A stretch of DNA of 64,000 nucleotides, from contig JADJOR010000024.1 in assembly GCA_016713665.1 (NCBI GenBank), positions 342,862 through 406,861 of the forward strand, in the 5' to 3' direction. This document shows, in pieces, positions 9,887-18,973 of this stretch. The position numbers and the translations under genes are program-made. The stretch comes from Deltaproteobacteria bacterium (GTDB taxonomy: Bacteria > Myxococcota_A > UBA9160 > UBA4427). Position 1 is the stretch's first letter, and every line of letters starts with the position of its first letter. The notes under the pieces are model-generated. The model did not search any database, had not been told where the DNA came from, and was given only the letters and a program-made list of their open reading frames with translations.

Positions 9887-10948
9887 ATGAAATCCGATAT
9901 CGCTTCCACGTTTCTGCCGGTCGCGCCGCCGGTCATCCTCGATGGACTCTACTCGGACGATCAGCGTCGACGAATGCTCGATGTCGTCCGTCGTGAGGGG
10001 CCGTGGTCGCTGATCCTCGCGCAATATTTCTCTTCACCGGAAGAGGTCATCGCCACGACGACTGGCAGGCTGCCGGAAGGCTTCAAGCCCACATGGGACA
10101 TGTTCCTGAATCCAGTCTTCCGCGGTTACTTCGCTCGGGACGGTGTCAATTACTTCCCGGAGCTGGACGACTGCTTCTACAACCCCAAGTTCATCAATCT
10201 CGTGCGTGACTATTGGAAGACGCCCTACGTCGAGTGCGACCAGTTGATGTTCAACCTTCAGGGACCATCGAGTGCAGGCGGAGCGCCGCATGTGGATGGA
10301 ACCCATTTCCGAGGACTCTACGGCAACAACGCACCGACCTGGCTGCTGAACATCATGGCGAAGTCGGGTCTCTTCCGTCGCTGGCAGGCCAAGAAGGCGC
10401 AAGTCATCGCCTGGTACTACCAAGGCACGATCGGCGGCGGCTTCCACTATTGGCCCGACGGGCCTGACAAGAGTCCGGCGACGCTGGAAGCGCCGATGTG
10501 GGGACGTGGCGTGGTCGTCGAGAACGAGATGATGTTCCACTCCTCGCAAGGCTGCGGTCCTGTCGATCAGCGCCGACCCGCTGGCCTCACCATCAAATCG
10601 ACGATTTCCGCCGACCCGGAGACGTCGAACGGATGGCGGATCAAGACGGGTGACGAAGTCGTTGCGAAGGTGCCCGAAAAGGAGTTTCGCCTGCTCATCC
10701 ATTGGGGTGCACAGGTCTACGGTGATCTGGCAGAGCTGAAGCTGGCCCGCGACCACAGCGACGACATGACCGTCGACAGGGCGATCGACATGCTCATCAG
10801 CGACCTGCGCGCGCGTGGCGAAACTTTCGAGGTGCCGACCGATCCGGTGCGCGACCCCGACTTCATCTCTCTCCTGACGCGTGTCTACGACATCGGCCAG
10901 CTCAAGGATGTGCCTGAAGATCCGAGTGCGCCGAGGAGAGCCGCGTGA
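9887..10948 (+). CDS. hypothetical protein; possible Fe(II)/2OG-oxygenase-like fold (HxD...H), not asserted
   Basis: Clean 353-aa ORF with normal amino-acid composition. Contains APHVDGTH (HxD) and a later MMFHSSQG. I could not recognise any family. Confidence 0.7.
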   Translation: MKSDIASTFLPVAPPVILDGLYSDDQRRRMLDVVRREGPWSLILAQYFSSPEEVIATTTGRLPEGFKPTWDMFLNPVFRGYFARDGVNYFPELDDCFYNPKFINLVRDYWKTPYVECDQLMFNLQGPSSAGGAPHVDGTHFRGLYGNNAPTWLLNIMAKSGLFRRWQAKKAQVIAWYYQGTIGGGFHYWPDGPDKSPATLEAPMWGRGVVVENEMMFHSSQGCGPVDQRRPAGLTIKSTISADPETSNGWRIKTGDEVVAKVPEKEFRLLIHWGAQVYGDLAELKLARDHSDDMTVDRAIDMLISDLRARGETFEVPTDPVRDPDFISLLTRVYDIGQLKDVPEDPSAPRRAA

Positions 10949-10969
10949 CGATCGTTCCACGGGACCCGA

Positions 10970-11734
10970 TCAGGTCCCGCCGCCGTCCGCCCAGATCGTC
11001 GTGCCGTTGATGTAGGACGCGGCGTCCGAGGCGAGGAACGTGCAGATGCCGCCGATCTCGGCCGGGCGTCCCATGCGGCCGACCGGGATGCGGCTCGTCG
11101 TCGCCGTCCATTGCTCCTTGTTCTCCGGGAGCAGCAGATCCGCCATCGCCTCCGTCTCGACCCAGCCGAGGGAGACGCAGTTGACGCGGACCTTCTTGCC
11201 CCAGGCGACGGCGAGCGAGCGCGTCATGTGGTTGAGGCCGGCCTTCGCCGCGCCATAGGGCGTCAGCGATGCGCCGCCGTTGCCCGGCATCGAGGCCTGG
11301 CTCGAGATGTTGATGATGTTGCCGCCGCTCTCCTGCTCGACCATGACGCGATAGGCCTTTGCCGCGAAGATCATCGGCGCCGTCAGGTTGAGATCGATGA
11401 TGGCGCGGATGAAGCGCGGCGACGCCGTCGCGAGGTCGACCGGGGGCTGCCCCCCGGCGTTGTTGACCAGGACGTCGAGGCGCCCGAAGCGCGCGAGCGT
11501 CTCCTCGATGATGCGATCGATCTGGGCCTCGTCCCGGATGTCGGCCTGGACGTGCATCGAGCGAGCGCGCTCGTCGGCCGTCGTGGCCGCCGGGCAGCCG
11601 TCGAAGGGCTTGCGCGCACAGCTGACGACCGCGGCGCCGGTCTTGAGGAACGCCTGGCTGATGCCGAGGCCGACCCCCTGGCTCCCGCCGGTGACGATCA
11701 CGACCTTTCCAGGGAACGGGGCGCTAGGCGACAT
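10970..11734 (-). CDS. short-chain dehydrogenase/reductase (SDR)
   Basis: VTGGSQGVG and YGAAK motifs; 254 aa. Confidence 0.9.
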   Translation of the reverse strand: MSPSAPFPGKVVIVTGGSQGVGLGISQAFLKTGAAVVSCARKPFDGCPAATTADERARSMHVQADIRDEAQIDRIIEETLARFGRLDVLVNNAGGQPPVDLATASPRFIRAIIDLNLTAPMIFAAKAYRVMVEQESGGNIINISSQASMPGNGGASLTPYGAAKAGLNHMTRSLAVAWGKKVRVNCVSLGWVETEAMADLLLPENKEQWTATTSRIPVGRMGRPAEIGGICTFLASDAASYINGTTIWADGGGT

Positions 11735-12524
11735 GACTCTTCCTTCCTCGTTGATTCGATCGGGCGCGGGGCGCGCGTCGTGGGCGGGGGGCGCGATGAA
11801 GGCGGGCCTCGATGCCCGCGATGGCCTGCTCGATGGCGAAGTCGAAGAAGGCCTCGCCGTCGATGCGCTCGATCTCGCGCTCGATCGGCGCGAAGCGCTC
11901 GCGGGCCATGGGCGAGAAGGCGTGTCGCGAGGCGCGGGCGCTCGCGATCTGATCCGACAAGGGCATCACCGCCTCCTGCAGGACGAGACCGACCGTCGTC
12001 TCGAGGACCCAGAGATAGGCCGCCGCGAGCTCACGTCCGGCGAGCCCCGCGTGCCCGAGGATCTCGACGAGCGCCGACGAGGCCTCGAGCCAGGCCGGGG
12101 AGGTCCGGCCCGAGCGACCGATCATCGCGAGGATCGCGGGATGGCGGAGCAGGTGGAGCCGCAGATCCCGCATCCAGCGCTCGAGCTGGCGCGGCCACGC
12201 CGCATCGCCGTCGGGCGACGCGTGACTCGCGGCGAGGATGCCCGCCATCACGTCGTCGAGGATCTCTTCGAAGCTCGCGAAGTGGCGGTAGAGCGCGGCG
12301 GGAACCGCTTCGACCTCGCGCGCGATCATCGAGATCGTCGGCACCGTCCTCGGGTCCCGCTCGAGCAGGACGAGGACCGCTTCGACGATCCGCTGCCGCG
12401 ACAGGCGCGCGGGTCGGCCGCGCTTCGCCGGGGCCACCGAGGCCGCCGGGGCGTCGGCGTCGCGTCGTGCGGCGAGGGCGGGCGTTCGCTTCGTGGTCGG
12501 CCGCTTGCGGGTCATGCCCGGCAT
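11724..12524 (-). CDS. TetR-family transcriptional regulator
   Basis: N-terminal HTH region RQRIVEAVLVLLERDPRTVPTISMIAREVEAVPAALYRHF. Overlaps the downstream SDR start by 11 nt. Confidence 0.8.
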   Translation of the reverse strand: MPGMTRKRPTTKRTPALAARRDADAPAASVAPAKRGRPARLSRQRIVEAVLVLLERDPRTVPTISMIAREVEAVPAALYRHFASFEEILDDVMAGILAASHASPDGDAAWPRQLERWMRDLRLHLLRHPAILAMIGRSGRTSPAWLEASSALVEILGHAGLAGRELAAAYLWVLETTVGLVLQEAVMPLSDQIASARASRHAFSPMARERFAPIEREIERIDGEAFFDFAIEQAIAGIEARLHRAPRPRRAPRARSNQRGRKSHVA

Positions 12525-12550
12525 GCGCGTCGCTCCTCGGCAGGGGAATT

Positions 12551-12565
12551 GTGAAACTGTTTCAC
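12551..12565. promoter_or_regulatory. perfect 7-1-7 palindrome GTGAAAC-T-GTTTCAC, candidate TetR operator
   Basis: Read directly from the sequence. It lies 27 nt upstream of the TetR start, in the divergent intergenic region shared with the hydrolase gene at 12718. Confidence 0.45.
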
Positions 12566-12717
12566 TTTACGCAAGGGCAGCGGGCAGGGCAATGGGATCG
12601 CGCGGTCCCTGCAATCTCCGGCTTCGCGGGACTACGCTCGGACGCGCCGCCCCGTCGAGATGCCCGAGGCCCGCTCGTCGCGGCCGACTGGTCGATGCGG
12701 AGCCGACAGGAGTCCCG

Positions 12718-13749
12718 ATGCAGTTTCCGTTCGCGAGCCACTTCGTCCAGGCCGGCGACCTGAAGATCCACTTCATGAAGGAGGGGCAGGGCGAGCCGCT
12801 GATCCTGCTCCACGGCTGGCCGCAGACGAGCTACGAGTGGCGCCATCAGATCCGGCTCCTCTCGCGCCATTTCACCGTCTACGCCCCCGACAATCGCGGC
12901 TTCGGCGCGACCGAGAAGCCGCGCATCCGGATCACGCGCGATCTGCTCGCCCGGGACGTGCTCGCCTTCATGGACGCGCTCGGCCTCGAGAGCGCGTCGC
13001 TCTGCGGCCACGACTGGGGCGGCATCATCGCCTACAAAGTCGCGGTCACCGCGCCAGAGCGCATCCGCCGCCTCTGCCTGATCGACACGACGACGATGCT
13101 CTGGCCGACCTGGGCCGCCCACGCCTTCTGGGCCAATCTGCATCCCGAGCCCTACGAGTTCCTCGCGAAGTACAGCGACGAGCTGATCGCGTGGTGCATG
13201 ACCGGGAAGCGGCCGGATTACCGCGACGTCGTGGCGCCGTTTCCGCCGGACCCGCTGCCGGGAAGCGAGACGGGCTGGTGTGACGCGGCGGCGCTGCGAC
13301 ATTATTCGGAGGCGCTCGCCGATCCGGGCTCGCATTTCGCGACGGTGCAGTACTACGGGAGCGCGATGCCGATGCACCGCGTGATCCCCGACGCGAGCGG
13401 CCGAACGACCTTCGACTACATCGGCGTCCACGGCGCCCAGGCGATCTGGCGCCATCCGGGTGGGGCGCATCTGCATCCCGATCTTCATCAACCCCTCTGT
13501 TACGGCCCCGAGGACTGGAATGCGCGCTACGAGCGGCCGGCGCTCTTCGTGTACTCGCCGCTGATGGTGCCCGAGGCATTCGGCGCCGGGGGCTGGAATC
13601 CCGGCTACCGCTTCGGCGGGAGCTTCTTCGAGCAATCGTTCACGCGGCCGTTCCCGAAGCTCGAGACCCAGGGGATCGTCTGCGGCCACTTCATTCCCGA
13701 GGAAGCGCCGGACCAGCTCGCTGCAGTCCTGCAGCGATTCTTCGGCTGA
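12718..13749 (+). CDS. alpha/beta hydrolase, epoxide-hydrolase/dehalogenase-like
   Basis: From ORF 12493..13749, trimmed to ATG 12718 (MQFPFASHFVQ), with CAGGAG upstream. Motifs LLHGWPQTSYEW and the Asp-nucleophile elbow GHDWGG. Confidence 0.85.
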   Translation: MQFPFASHFVQAGDLKIHFMKEGQGEPLILLHGWPQTSYEWRHQIRLLSRHFTVYAPDNRGFGATEKPRIRITRDLLARDVLAFMDALGLESASLCGHDWGGIIAYKVAVTAPERIRRLCLIDTTTMLWPTWAAHAFWANLHPEPYEFLAKYSDELIAWCMTGKRPDYRDVVAPFPPDPLPGSETGWCDAAALRHYSEALADPGSHFATVQYYGSAMPMHRVIPDASGRTTFDYIGVHGAQAIWRHPGGAHLHPDLHQPLCYGPEDWNARYERPALFVYSPLMVPEAFGAGGWNPGYRFGGSFFEQSFTRPFPKLETQGIVCGHFIPEEAPDQLAAVLQRFFG

Positions 13750-13814
13750 AGCGACCGATTCGGCTGAAGCGTTCGACGCGAGAGGCGCGATCGAAGTAGA
13801 AGGAGTGCGAGCTC

Positions 13815-14510
13815 GTGGCCCTCGACGTGATCGGCGCCGGCTTCGGCCGGACCGGAACGCTCTCCCTGCAGGCCGCCCTCGAGCAGGTCGGCTTCGCGCC
13901 CTGCTACCACTTCACGGAGGTGATCGAGCGCCGCCCCGGCCGCAACGATGGCCATCGCCGCGCCTGGGTCGACCTCGCGAAGGGGCGCCGCGAGATGGAC
14001 TGGCGCTGGCTCTTTCGCGACTACCGGGCGACCGTCGACTTTCCGATGTGCCTCTATTATGCGGAGCTCCTCGAGGCGTTTCCGGAGGCGCGGGTCGTGC
14101 TGACGCTGCGCGACCCGGAGCGCTGGTTCGAGTCCTTCGACACCCTCGCGCAGGGTCTCCAAAAGCTGCGCTTCGGCCGGCTCTTCGCGCCCAAGCTGCG
14201 GGCGACGACCACGATCTTCGATCGGCTGCTGCGTCAGGCGCTCTTCGGCGGGCGCATCGACCGGGCGAGCTGCGTCGCGGCCTTCGAGCGCCATCGCGAT
14301 GCGGTGATCCGACGGGTGCCGGCGGAGCGACTGCTCGTCTACGAGGTCCGGGAAGGGTGGGGTCCGCTCTGCCGCTTTCTCGACGTCCCCGAGCCGACGA
14401 CCGCGTTTCCGCATCTCAACGAGGGCGAAGATCTCGACGAGCGGATGACGCGCGCGCTGCTACTGGGCGAGAATGACGTCTTCGGCAAGCCGGCGGGCGA
14501 CGGGCGCTGA
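13815..14510 (+). CDS. sulfotransferase-family protein (Sulfotransfer_4-like)
   Basis: GTG start after AGGAG. The N-terminus VIGAGFGRTGTLSLQAALEQVGFAPCYHF matches the family P-loop-like PAPS motif. Confidence 0.75.
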   Translation: MALDVIGAGFGRTGTLSLQAALEQVGFAPCYHFTEVIERRPGRNDGHRRAWVDLAKGRREMDWRWLFRDYRATVDFPMCLYYAELLEAFPEARVVLTLRDPERWFESFDTLAQGLQKLRFGRLFAPKLRATTTIFDRLLRQALFGGRIDRASCVAAFERHRDAVIRRVPAERLLVYEVREGWGPLCRFLDVPEPTTAFPHLNEGEDLDERMTRALLLGENDVFGKPAGDGR

Positions 14511-14530
14511 GCGCAGGGGAGTTTGGGCGC

Positions 14531-15040
14531 GTGGGCGATCGCGAGCGAGGGGAAGAGCGGATCGACGTCGGGGCGCTCCTCGCGAAGGAAGCGATCCGCG
14601 AGGCGCTCTACCGCGAGCTCGAGGCCTGGCGACGCCGAGACTGGACGCAGCTGCGCGCGGGCTTCGTGCCGGGGGCGCGCGTCGAGCTCGGGTTCGATGG
14701 GGCGCACGCCGTCGACGCCCAGGTCGGTCGACTCGCCGAGTCGATGCGCGGCTTCGTCGCGTCCTCGCTGCTCGCCTCGAATTGCCAGATCGAGCTGGGC
14801 CTCGGCCTTGTCGCGGCGCGCTCCACGGCGCTGATCCTCGCGGCCCATGAGCCGTCGGCCGAGAGCGGTGAGCGGACGCGGCTCGAGGCGCTCCGCTTCA
14901 GCGATCGCTGGACCCGCGACGTCGATGGCGAGTGGCGCGTCTCGGCGCGGCGCGCGGAGTCGCTCTGGTGCGCGTGGCTCGAGCCCCGCCGCGACGATCG
15001 CGCGGGCGACCACCGCAACGCGGCCGAGTGGGAGCAATGA
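14531..15040 (+). CDS. NTF2/SnoaL-like fold protein
   Basis: 169-aa ORF with a GTG start. The pattern EAIREALYRELEAWRRRDWTQLRAGF...W and its size are typical of SnoaL_4/NTF2-like proteins. Its stop overlaps the next gene (ATGA at 15037-15040). Confidence 0.65.
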   Translation: MGDRERGEERIDVGALLAKEAIREALYRELEAWRRRDWTQLRAGFVPGARVELGFDGAHAVDAQVGRLAESMRGFVASSLLASNCQIELGLGLVAARSTALILAAHEPSAESGERTRLEALRFSDRWTRDVDGEWRVSARRAESLWCAWLEPRRDDRAGDHRNAAEWEQ

Positions 15041-16713
15041 CGGCCGGCGCGGGCCGTGGGGCGAGCGGTGCAACCGATGCCGACGCGCGGCTCGGGGGCG
15101 ACGCGACCGCCGACGTCGTCGTCCTCGGCACCGGCGCCGCCGGCCTGACCGCCGCCCTCGCCGCCGTGATGCAGGGCGCGAGCGTTCTGCTCGTCGAGAA
15201 GACGGAGCAGCTCGGGGGCACGACCGCAATCTCCGGGGGCACCGTCTGGATCCCGGCGACTCCCCAGGCTGCCGCCGCAGGCGCCCCCGACTCCGCGGCC
15301 GAAGCGCTCGCCTATCTTCGCGCGGGCGGCGGCGGGACCGAGCGTCCCGACCTTCTCGAGGCCTTCGTCGCGACCGGCGCCTCCATGCTCGGTGCCGTCG
15401 AAGGGGCGAGCCCGCTCCGCTTCGTCCTCGGTCCCCAGTCCGACTATCATCCGGAGCTCCCGGGCGGCAGGCTCGCCGGCCGCTCCCTCGTCCCCGCGGC
15501 CTACGACCCGACGCCCCTCGGTCCTCTCGGCGAGCGCGTGCGTGCGTCGACGCTGCCTCTCGATCGGGCCGAGCAGTACGGCAGCCTGAGTCCCGTCGCC
15601 GTGCCGTCGCCGTCGGAGGGGCCGCGCTGGATCGGGGGCCGCGCCCTCGTCGGCGGGCTGCTGCAGGCGGCGCTCGAGCGCGGTGTGCGATTGCGGCTCG
15701 GCTGTCGCGCGCGGCGGCTCCTCGTCGGCGAGGGTGGGCGCATCGTCGGCGTCGAGGGGGTCGAGGGCGACCCGGCCTCCGGTCGTGTTCGCCTCGCGGC
15801 GCGCCGCGCCGTCGTGCTCGCGACGGGCGGCTTCGAGTGGAGCCGAGAGCTCGTCGAGCGCTTCCTGCCGGCGCCGCTCGAAGCGCCGGGGAGCCCGCCC
15901 TGCATCGAGGGCGACGGCCTGCGCATGGCGATGGCCGTCGGCGCGGGGCTCGGCGCGATGGCCGAGGCGTGGTGGTCGCCGATGTTCCGCGTGCCGGGGG
16001 AGACGCAGGAGGGCGCGCCCTTCGCGCGCATGGTCGTGAGCCAGCGGCTCTATCCCCATTCGATCGTCGTGAACCGCGCGGGGCGCCGCTTCGCAAACGA
16101 AGCGAAGAGCTATCACGACTTCGGCCGCGACCTCATGGCGATCGACTCGGCCGCGCTCCGCCCCGCGAATCGCCCGGCCTGGCTCGTCTACGACGCCGTC
16201 TACCGGCGACGTTATGGCACCGCCTGCATCGGCCCGCAGGATCCCGACCCGGCCTGGCTAAAGCCCTTCGCGACCCCCGAAGCCCTGGCCGCCGCCCACG
16301 GCATCGACGCCGCGGGCCTGCGCGAGACCCTCGCCGCCTGGAACGAAGATGTCGCCCGCGGCCGCGACCGCGCGTTCGGCCGCGGCGAGAGCGCCTACGC
16401 GCTCTCGAAGGGCGATCGCGCGCAGGAAGGGCTCGCCCGGACCCTCGGTCCGATCGACACGCCACCGTATTATGCCGTGCCCCTCCATGCCGGAACGCTC
16501 GGGACCCGCGGCGGACCGCGGACCGACGCCGATGGGAGCGTCGAGGACGCCTTCGGAGAAACCCTCGCCGGCCTCTTCGCCGCGGGCAACGTGGCGGCCT
16601 CGCCGACGGGCCTCCTCTATCCCGGCGCCGGCGCCACCCTCGGCCTCGCCATGACCTTCGGTTGGCGCGCCGGCGTAGCCGCCGCGGGCGCCGCCGCCCG
16701 GAGCGACGCATGA
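15037..16713 (+). CDS. FAD-dependent oxidoreductase, KstD / fumarate-reductase flavoprotein-like
   Basis: From ORF 14932..16713, trimmed to ATG 15037. Motifs DVVVLGTGAAGLTAALAAVMQGASVLLVEKTEQLGGTTAISGG and C-terminal GLFAAGNV. Confidence 0.85.
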   Translation: MTAGAGRGASGATDADARLGGDATADVVVLGTGAAGLTAALAAVMQGASVLLVEKTEQLGGTTAISGGTVWIPATPQAAAAGAPDSAAEALAYLRAGGGGTERPDLLEAFVATGASMLGAVEGASPLRFVLGPQSDYHPELPGGRLAGRSLVPAAYDPTPLGPLGERVRASTLPLDRAEQYGSLSPVAVPSPSEGPRWIGGRALVGGLLQAALERGVRLRLGCRARRLLVGEGGRIVGVEGVEGDPASGRVRLAARRAVVLATGGFEWSRELVERFLPAPLEAPGSPPCIEGDGLRMAMAVGAGLGAMAEAWWSPMFRVPGETQEGAPFARMVVSQRLYPHSIVVNRAGRRFANEAKSYHDFGRDLMAIDSAALRPANRPAWLVYDAVYRRRYGTACIGPQDPDPAWLKPFATPEALAAAHGIDAAGLRETLAAWNEDVARGRDRAFGRGESAYALSKGDRAQEGLARTLGPIDTPPYYAVPLHAGTLGTRGGPRTDADGSVEDAFGETLAGLFAAGNVAASPTGLLYPGAGATLGLAMTFGWRAGVAAAGAAARSDA

Positions 16714-17178
16714 GCGCCGCGGAGCGGGAGCAGGCCGCGCGCGCGTACGCGGATCGCGAAGCCATTCGCGCCGCCCTCGACGCCTACTTCGACGCCCTCG
16801 GCCGCGGCGACTGGGCAAGAGATCGCCGACGGCTTCACCGCCGATGCCTCGCTCGACTACGGCACGCCAGACATCCGCGACGTCGAAAGCAACCTGCGCC
16901 TCCTGCGCGCCGGCGTCGAGCACCTGACCGTCGTCTCGACGCTCCTCGGCATGCAGTCGCGGGTCGAGACGCGCGGAGACGAAGGAAGCTCCCAGACCCT
17001 CGCGTTCACCGCCCACCTCGCCTCGAGCGAAGCCCCGCCGCGCATGCGCGTCTCGTTCGTGCGCTACGAGGATGCCTGGCGTCGGGGCGCAGACGGCCGC
17101 TGGCGCGTGCGGACGCGGGTCGTCCATCCCGACATAAAGGGCTGGCTCGATCCGATCTCGGCTCGAGCCGAGCGCTAG
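16710..17178 (+). pseudogene. NTF2/SnoaL-like gene interrupted by one frameshift near 16815-16820
   Basis: ATG 16710 (ATGA overlap with the flavoprotein stop) gives MSAAEREQAARAYADREAIRAALDAYFDALGRGDWA. The family-like continuation EIADGFTADASLDYGTPDIRDVESNLRLLRAGVEHLTVVSTLLGMQSRVE...GRWRVRTRVVHPDIKGW is in the +1 frame (ORF 16951..17178 and upstream). Confidence 0.65.
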
Positions 17179-17642
17179 TCCGTCCGCTCGCCGAACCACT
17201 CGGGCACGTCGAGGGCCGGGTTCGGGAGCTCGGTGATCCCGCGCTCGCGCTTGATCGCTTCCCATTCGTCGAGGGCGGCGGGGACCGGGCGGCTGTCGCC
17301 GAAGTAGACCTCGATCGTCTCGGCGCCCTCGTCGCCGGCGACGATCGGGCCGAAGGTCGCGCCGAGGGGCAGCTTGACGAGGGAGCCCGCCCGGCATTCC
17401 TCGCCGTCGAAGAAGACCTTCCCGGCGATCACGAAGACGTAGTGGTCGCTCAGGTGGCCATGGCGCTGGAGGACGAGCCCCGGGTCGTATCGCGTGTGGA
17501 AGAACGCGCGATCGGGCTGAAGGTCGAGCATCTTGAGCCAGACCGAGGCGCGCCGATCGCCCTGGCGCTGCGACTTCACGTCGACGTAGGGGCGCGCGTC
17601 GTCATGGACGAACGAGACCTTCGGGGCTGCGGGATCGGACAT
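17175..17642 (-). CDS. cupin-domain protein
   Basis: From ORF 17175..17726, trimmed to ATG 17642 (MSDPAAPKVSF). Cupin core HGHLSDHYVFVIAGKVFFDGEE. Confidence 0.75.
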   Translation of the reverse strand: MSDPAAPKVSFVHDDARPYVDVKSQRQGDRRASVWLKMLDLQPDRAFFHTRYDPGLVLQRHGHLSDHYVFVIAGKVFFDGEECRAGSLVKLPLGATFGPIVAGDEGAETIEVYFGDSRPVPAALDEWEAIKRERGITELPNPALDVPEWFGERTD

Positions 17643-17737
17643 GTCGGGGCTCCTCGTCGGGCGCGGGTCGGGATTCCGGCGCGTCCCGCGATATCGTGGC
17701 GCATCGGCGCGCCGTTCGCGCGCCATCGGGAGCGCGC

Positions 17738-18973
17738 ATGACCGGAACCGTGAAGCCCCCTCTCGACTTCGCGCTCCGCGACTTCCGCGTCCGCGCCTCC
17801 GAGGCGGAGCTCGACGATCTCGCCCGCCGCCTCGCCGCGACGCGCTGGCCCACGCCCGTCAGCGACGAGCGCGAGGGGTTCGGTCTCGGCACGAGCCGCC
17901 CCTGGCTCGAGGCCCTCGTCGCCTACTGGCGCGACGGCTTCGACTGGCGAACGCAGGAGGACTGGCTCGCGGCGAAGCTCCCGAGCCAGCTCGCACGCAT
18001 TCGCGGCCTCGACGTCCATTTCAGTCGGATTCGCGCCGAGGCGCCCGGGAACGCCGCCGCGATGGCCGGTCCCCGCCCGCTCCCGCTCCTGCTGCTCCAC
18101 GGCTGGCCCAGCTCCTACGTCGAGATGCACCGCCTCGTCGAGCCCCTCACGCGCCCGGCCGCGAACGGCGCGCCGAGCGCCCCCGCCTTCGACGTCGTCG
18201 TCGCGTCGATTCCCGGTCACGGCTTTTCCGGAGCACCCCGCGATCCCCGCTTCGGCGCGGACGAGGCCGCCGACCTGTTATGCACGCTCATGGTCGACGT
18301 CCTCGGCTACGACCGCTTCGGCGTCCATGGCGGCGATCGCGGCGCCTTCGTCGCCGCGGGCCTCGGCCACCGCCATCCCGCCCACGTCGAAGGTCTCCAC
18401 CTCTCGCTCCCCCTCGGCATCCCCGCGCCGCTCGAGGCCCGACCCGCCGCCGAGACCGCGTGGCTCGAGTCGAGCGCGCGCTGGCAGGCGGAGGAGGGCG
18501 GCTACTCCGCGATTCAGTCGACCCGCCCGCGCAGTCTCGCCTACGGACTCACGGACTCGCCCGTCGGCCTCGCCGGGTGGATCCTCGAGAAGTTCTGCGC
18601 CTGGAGCGATTGCGACGGCGATCCGCTGAACGTCTTCGACCGCGACGAGCTGCTGACCAACGTGATGATCTACTGGCTCTCCGGCTCGATCGGCTCGTCG
18701 ATCCAGTACTACCACGCCCATCGGGTGGCCCCGCCGTCGGCGATGCGGCCGGTGCGCATCGAGGTTCCGACGGGCGTGCTTCTCTGCGCGAAGGAGACCT
18801 GGCGGCCTCCGCGGAGCGCCGTCGAGCGGAAGTTTCCGGTCGTGCGGTGGACCGAGGTCGATCGCGGGGGACACTTCGCGGCGCTCGAGGTGCCCGACGT
18901 CGTCGTCGAGGAGCTGCGGGCGTTCTTCGGAGGCTCGTCGCCGCCGACTCAGCCCCGACCCGTCAATGCGTAG
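17738..18973 (+). CDS. epoxide hydrolase (microsomal-type, N-terminal EHN domain)
   Basis: From ORF 17696..18973, trimmed to ATG 17738. N-terminal FRVRASEAELDDLARRLAATRWP, then LLLLHGWPSSYVEM and the Asp-nucleophile elbow VHGGDRGA. Confidence 0.85.
   Translation: MTGTVKPPLDFALRDFRVRASEAELDDLARRLAATRWPTPVSDEREGFGLGTSRPWLEALVAYWRDGFDWRTQEDWLAAKLPSQLARIRGLDVHFSRIRAEAPGNAAAMAGPRPLPLLLLHGWPSSYVEMHRLVEPLTRPAANGAPSAPAFDVVVASIPGHGFSGAPRDPRFGADEAADLLCTLMVDVLGYDRFGVHGGDRGAFVAAGLGHRHPAHVEGLHLSLPLGIPAPLEARPAAETAWLESSARWQAEEGGYSAIQSTRPRSLAYGLTDSPVGLAGWILEKFCAWSDCDGDPLNVFDRDELLTNVMIYWLSGSIGSSIQYYHAHRVAPPSAMRPVRIEVPTGVLLCAKETWRPPRSAVERKFPVVRWTEVDRGGHFAALEVPDVVVEELRAFFGGSSPPTQPRPVNA

Noticed and set aside
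17175-17178. CTAG tetranucleotides where convergent genes share stop codons (17175-17178 and 25107-25110)
   Set aside because: This is a neat geometric coincidence of TAG on both strands. There is no evidence of function beyond tight packing.
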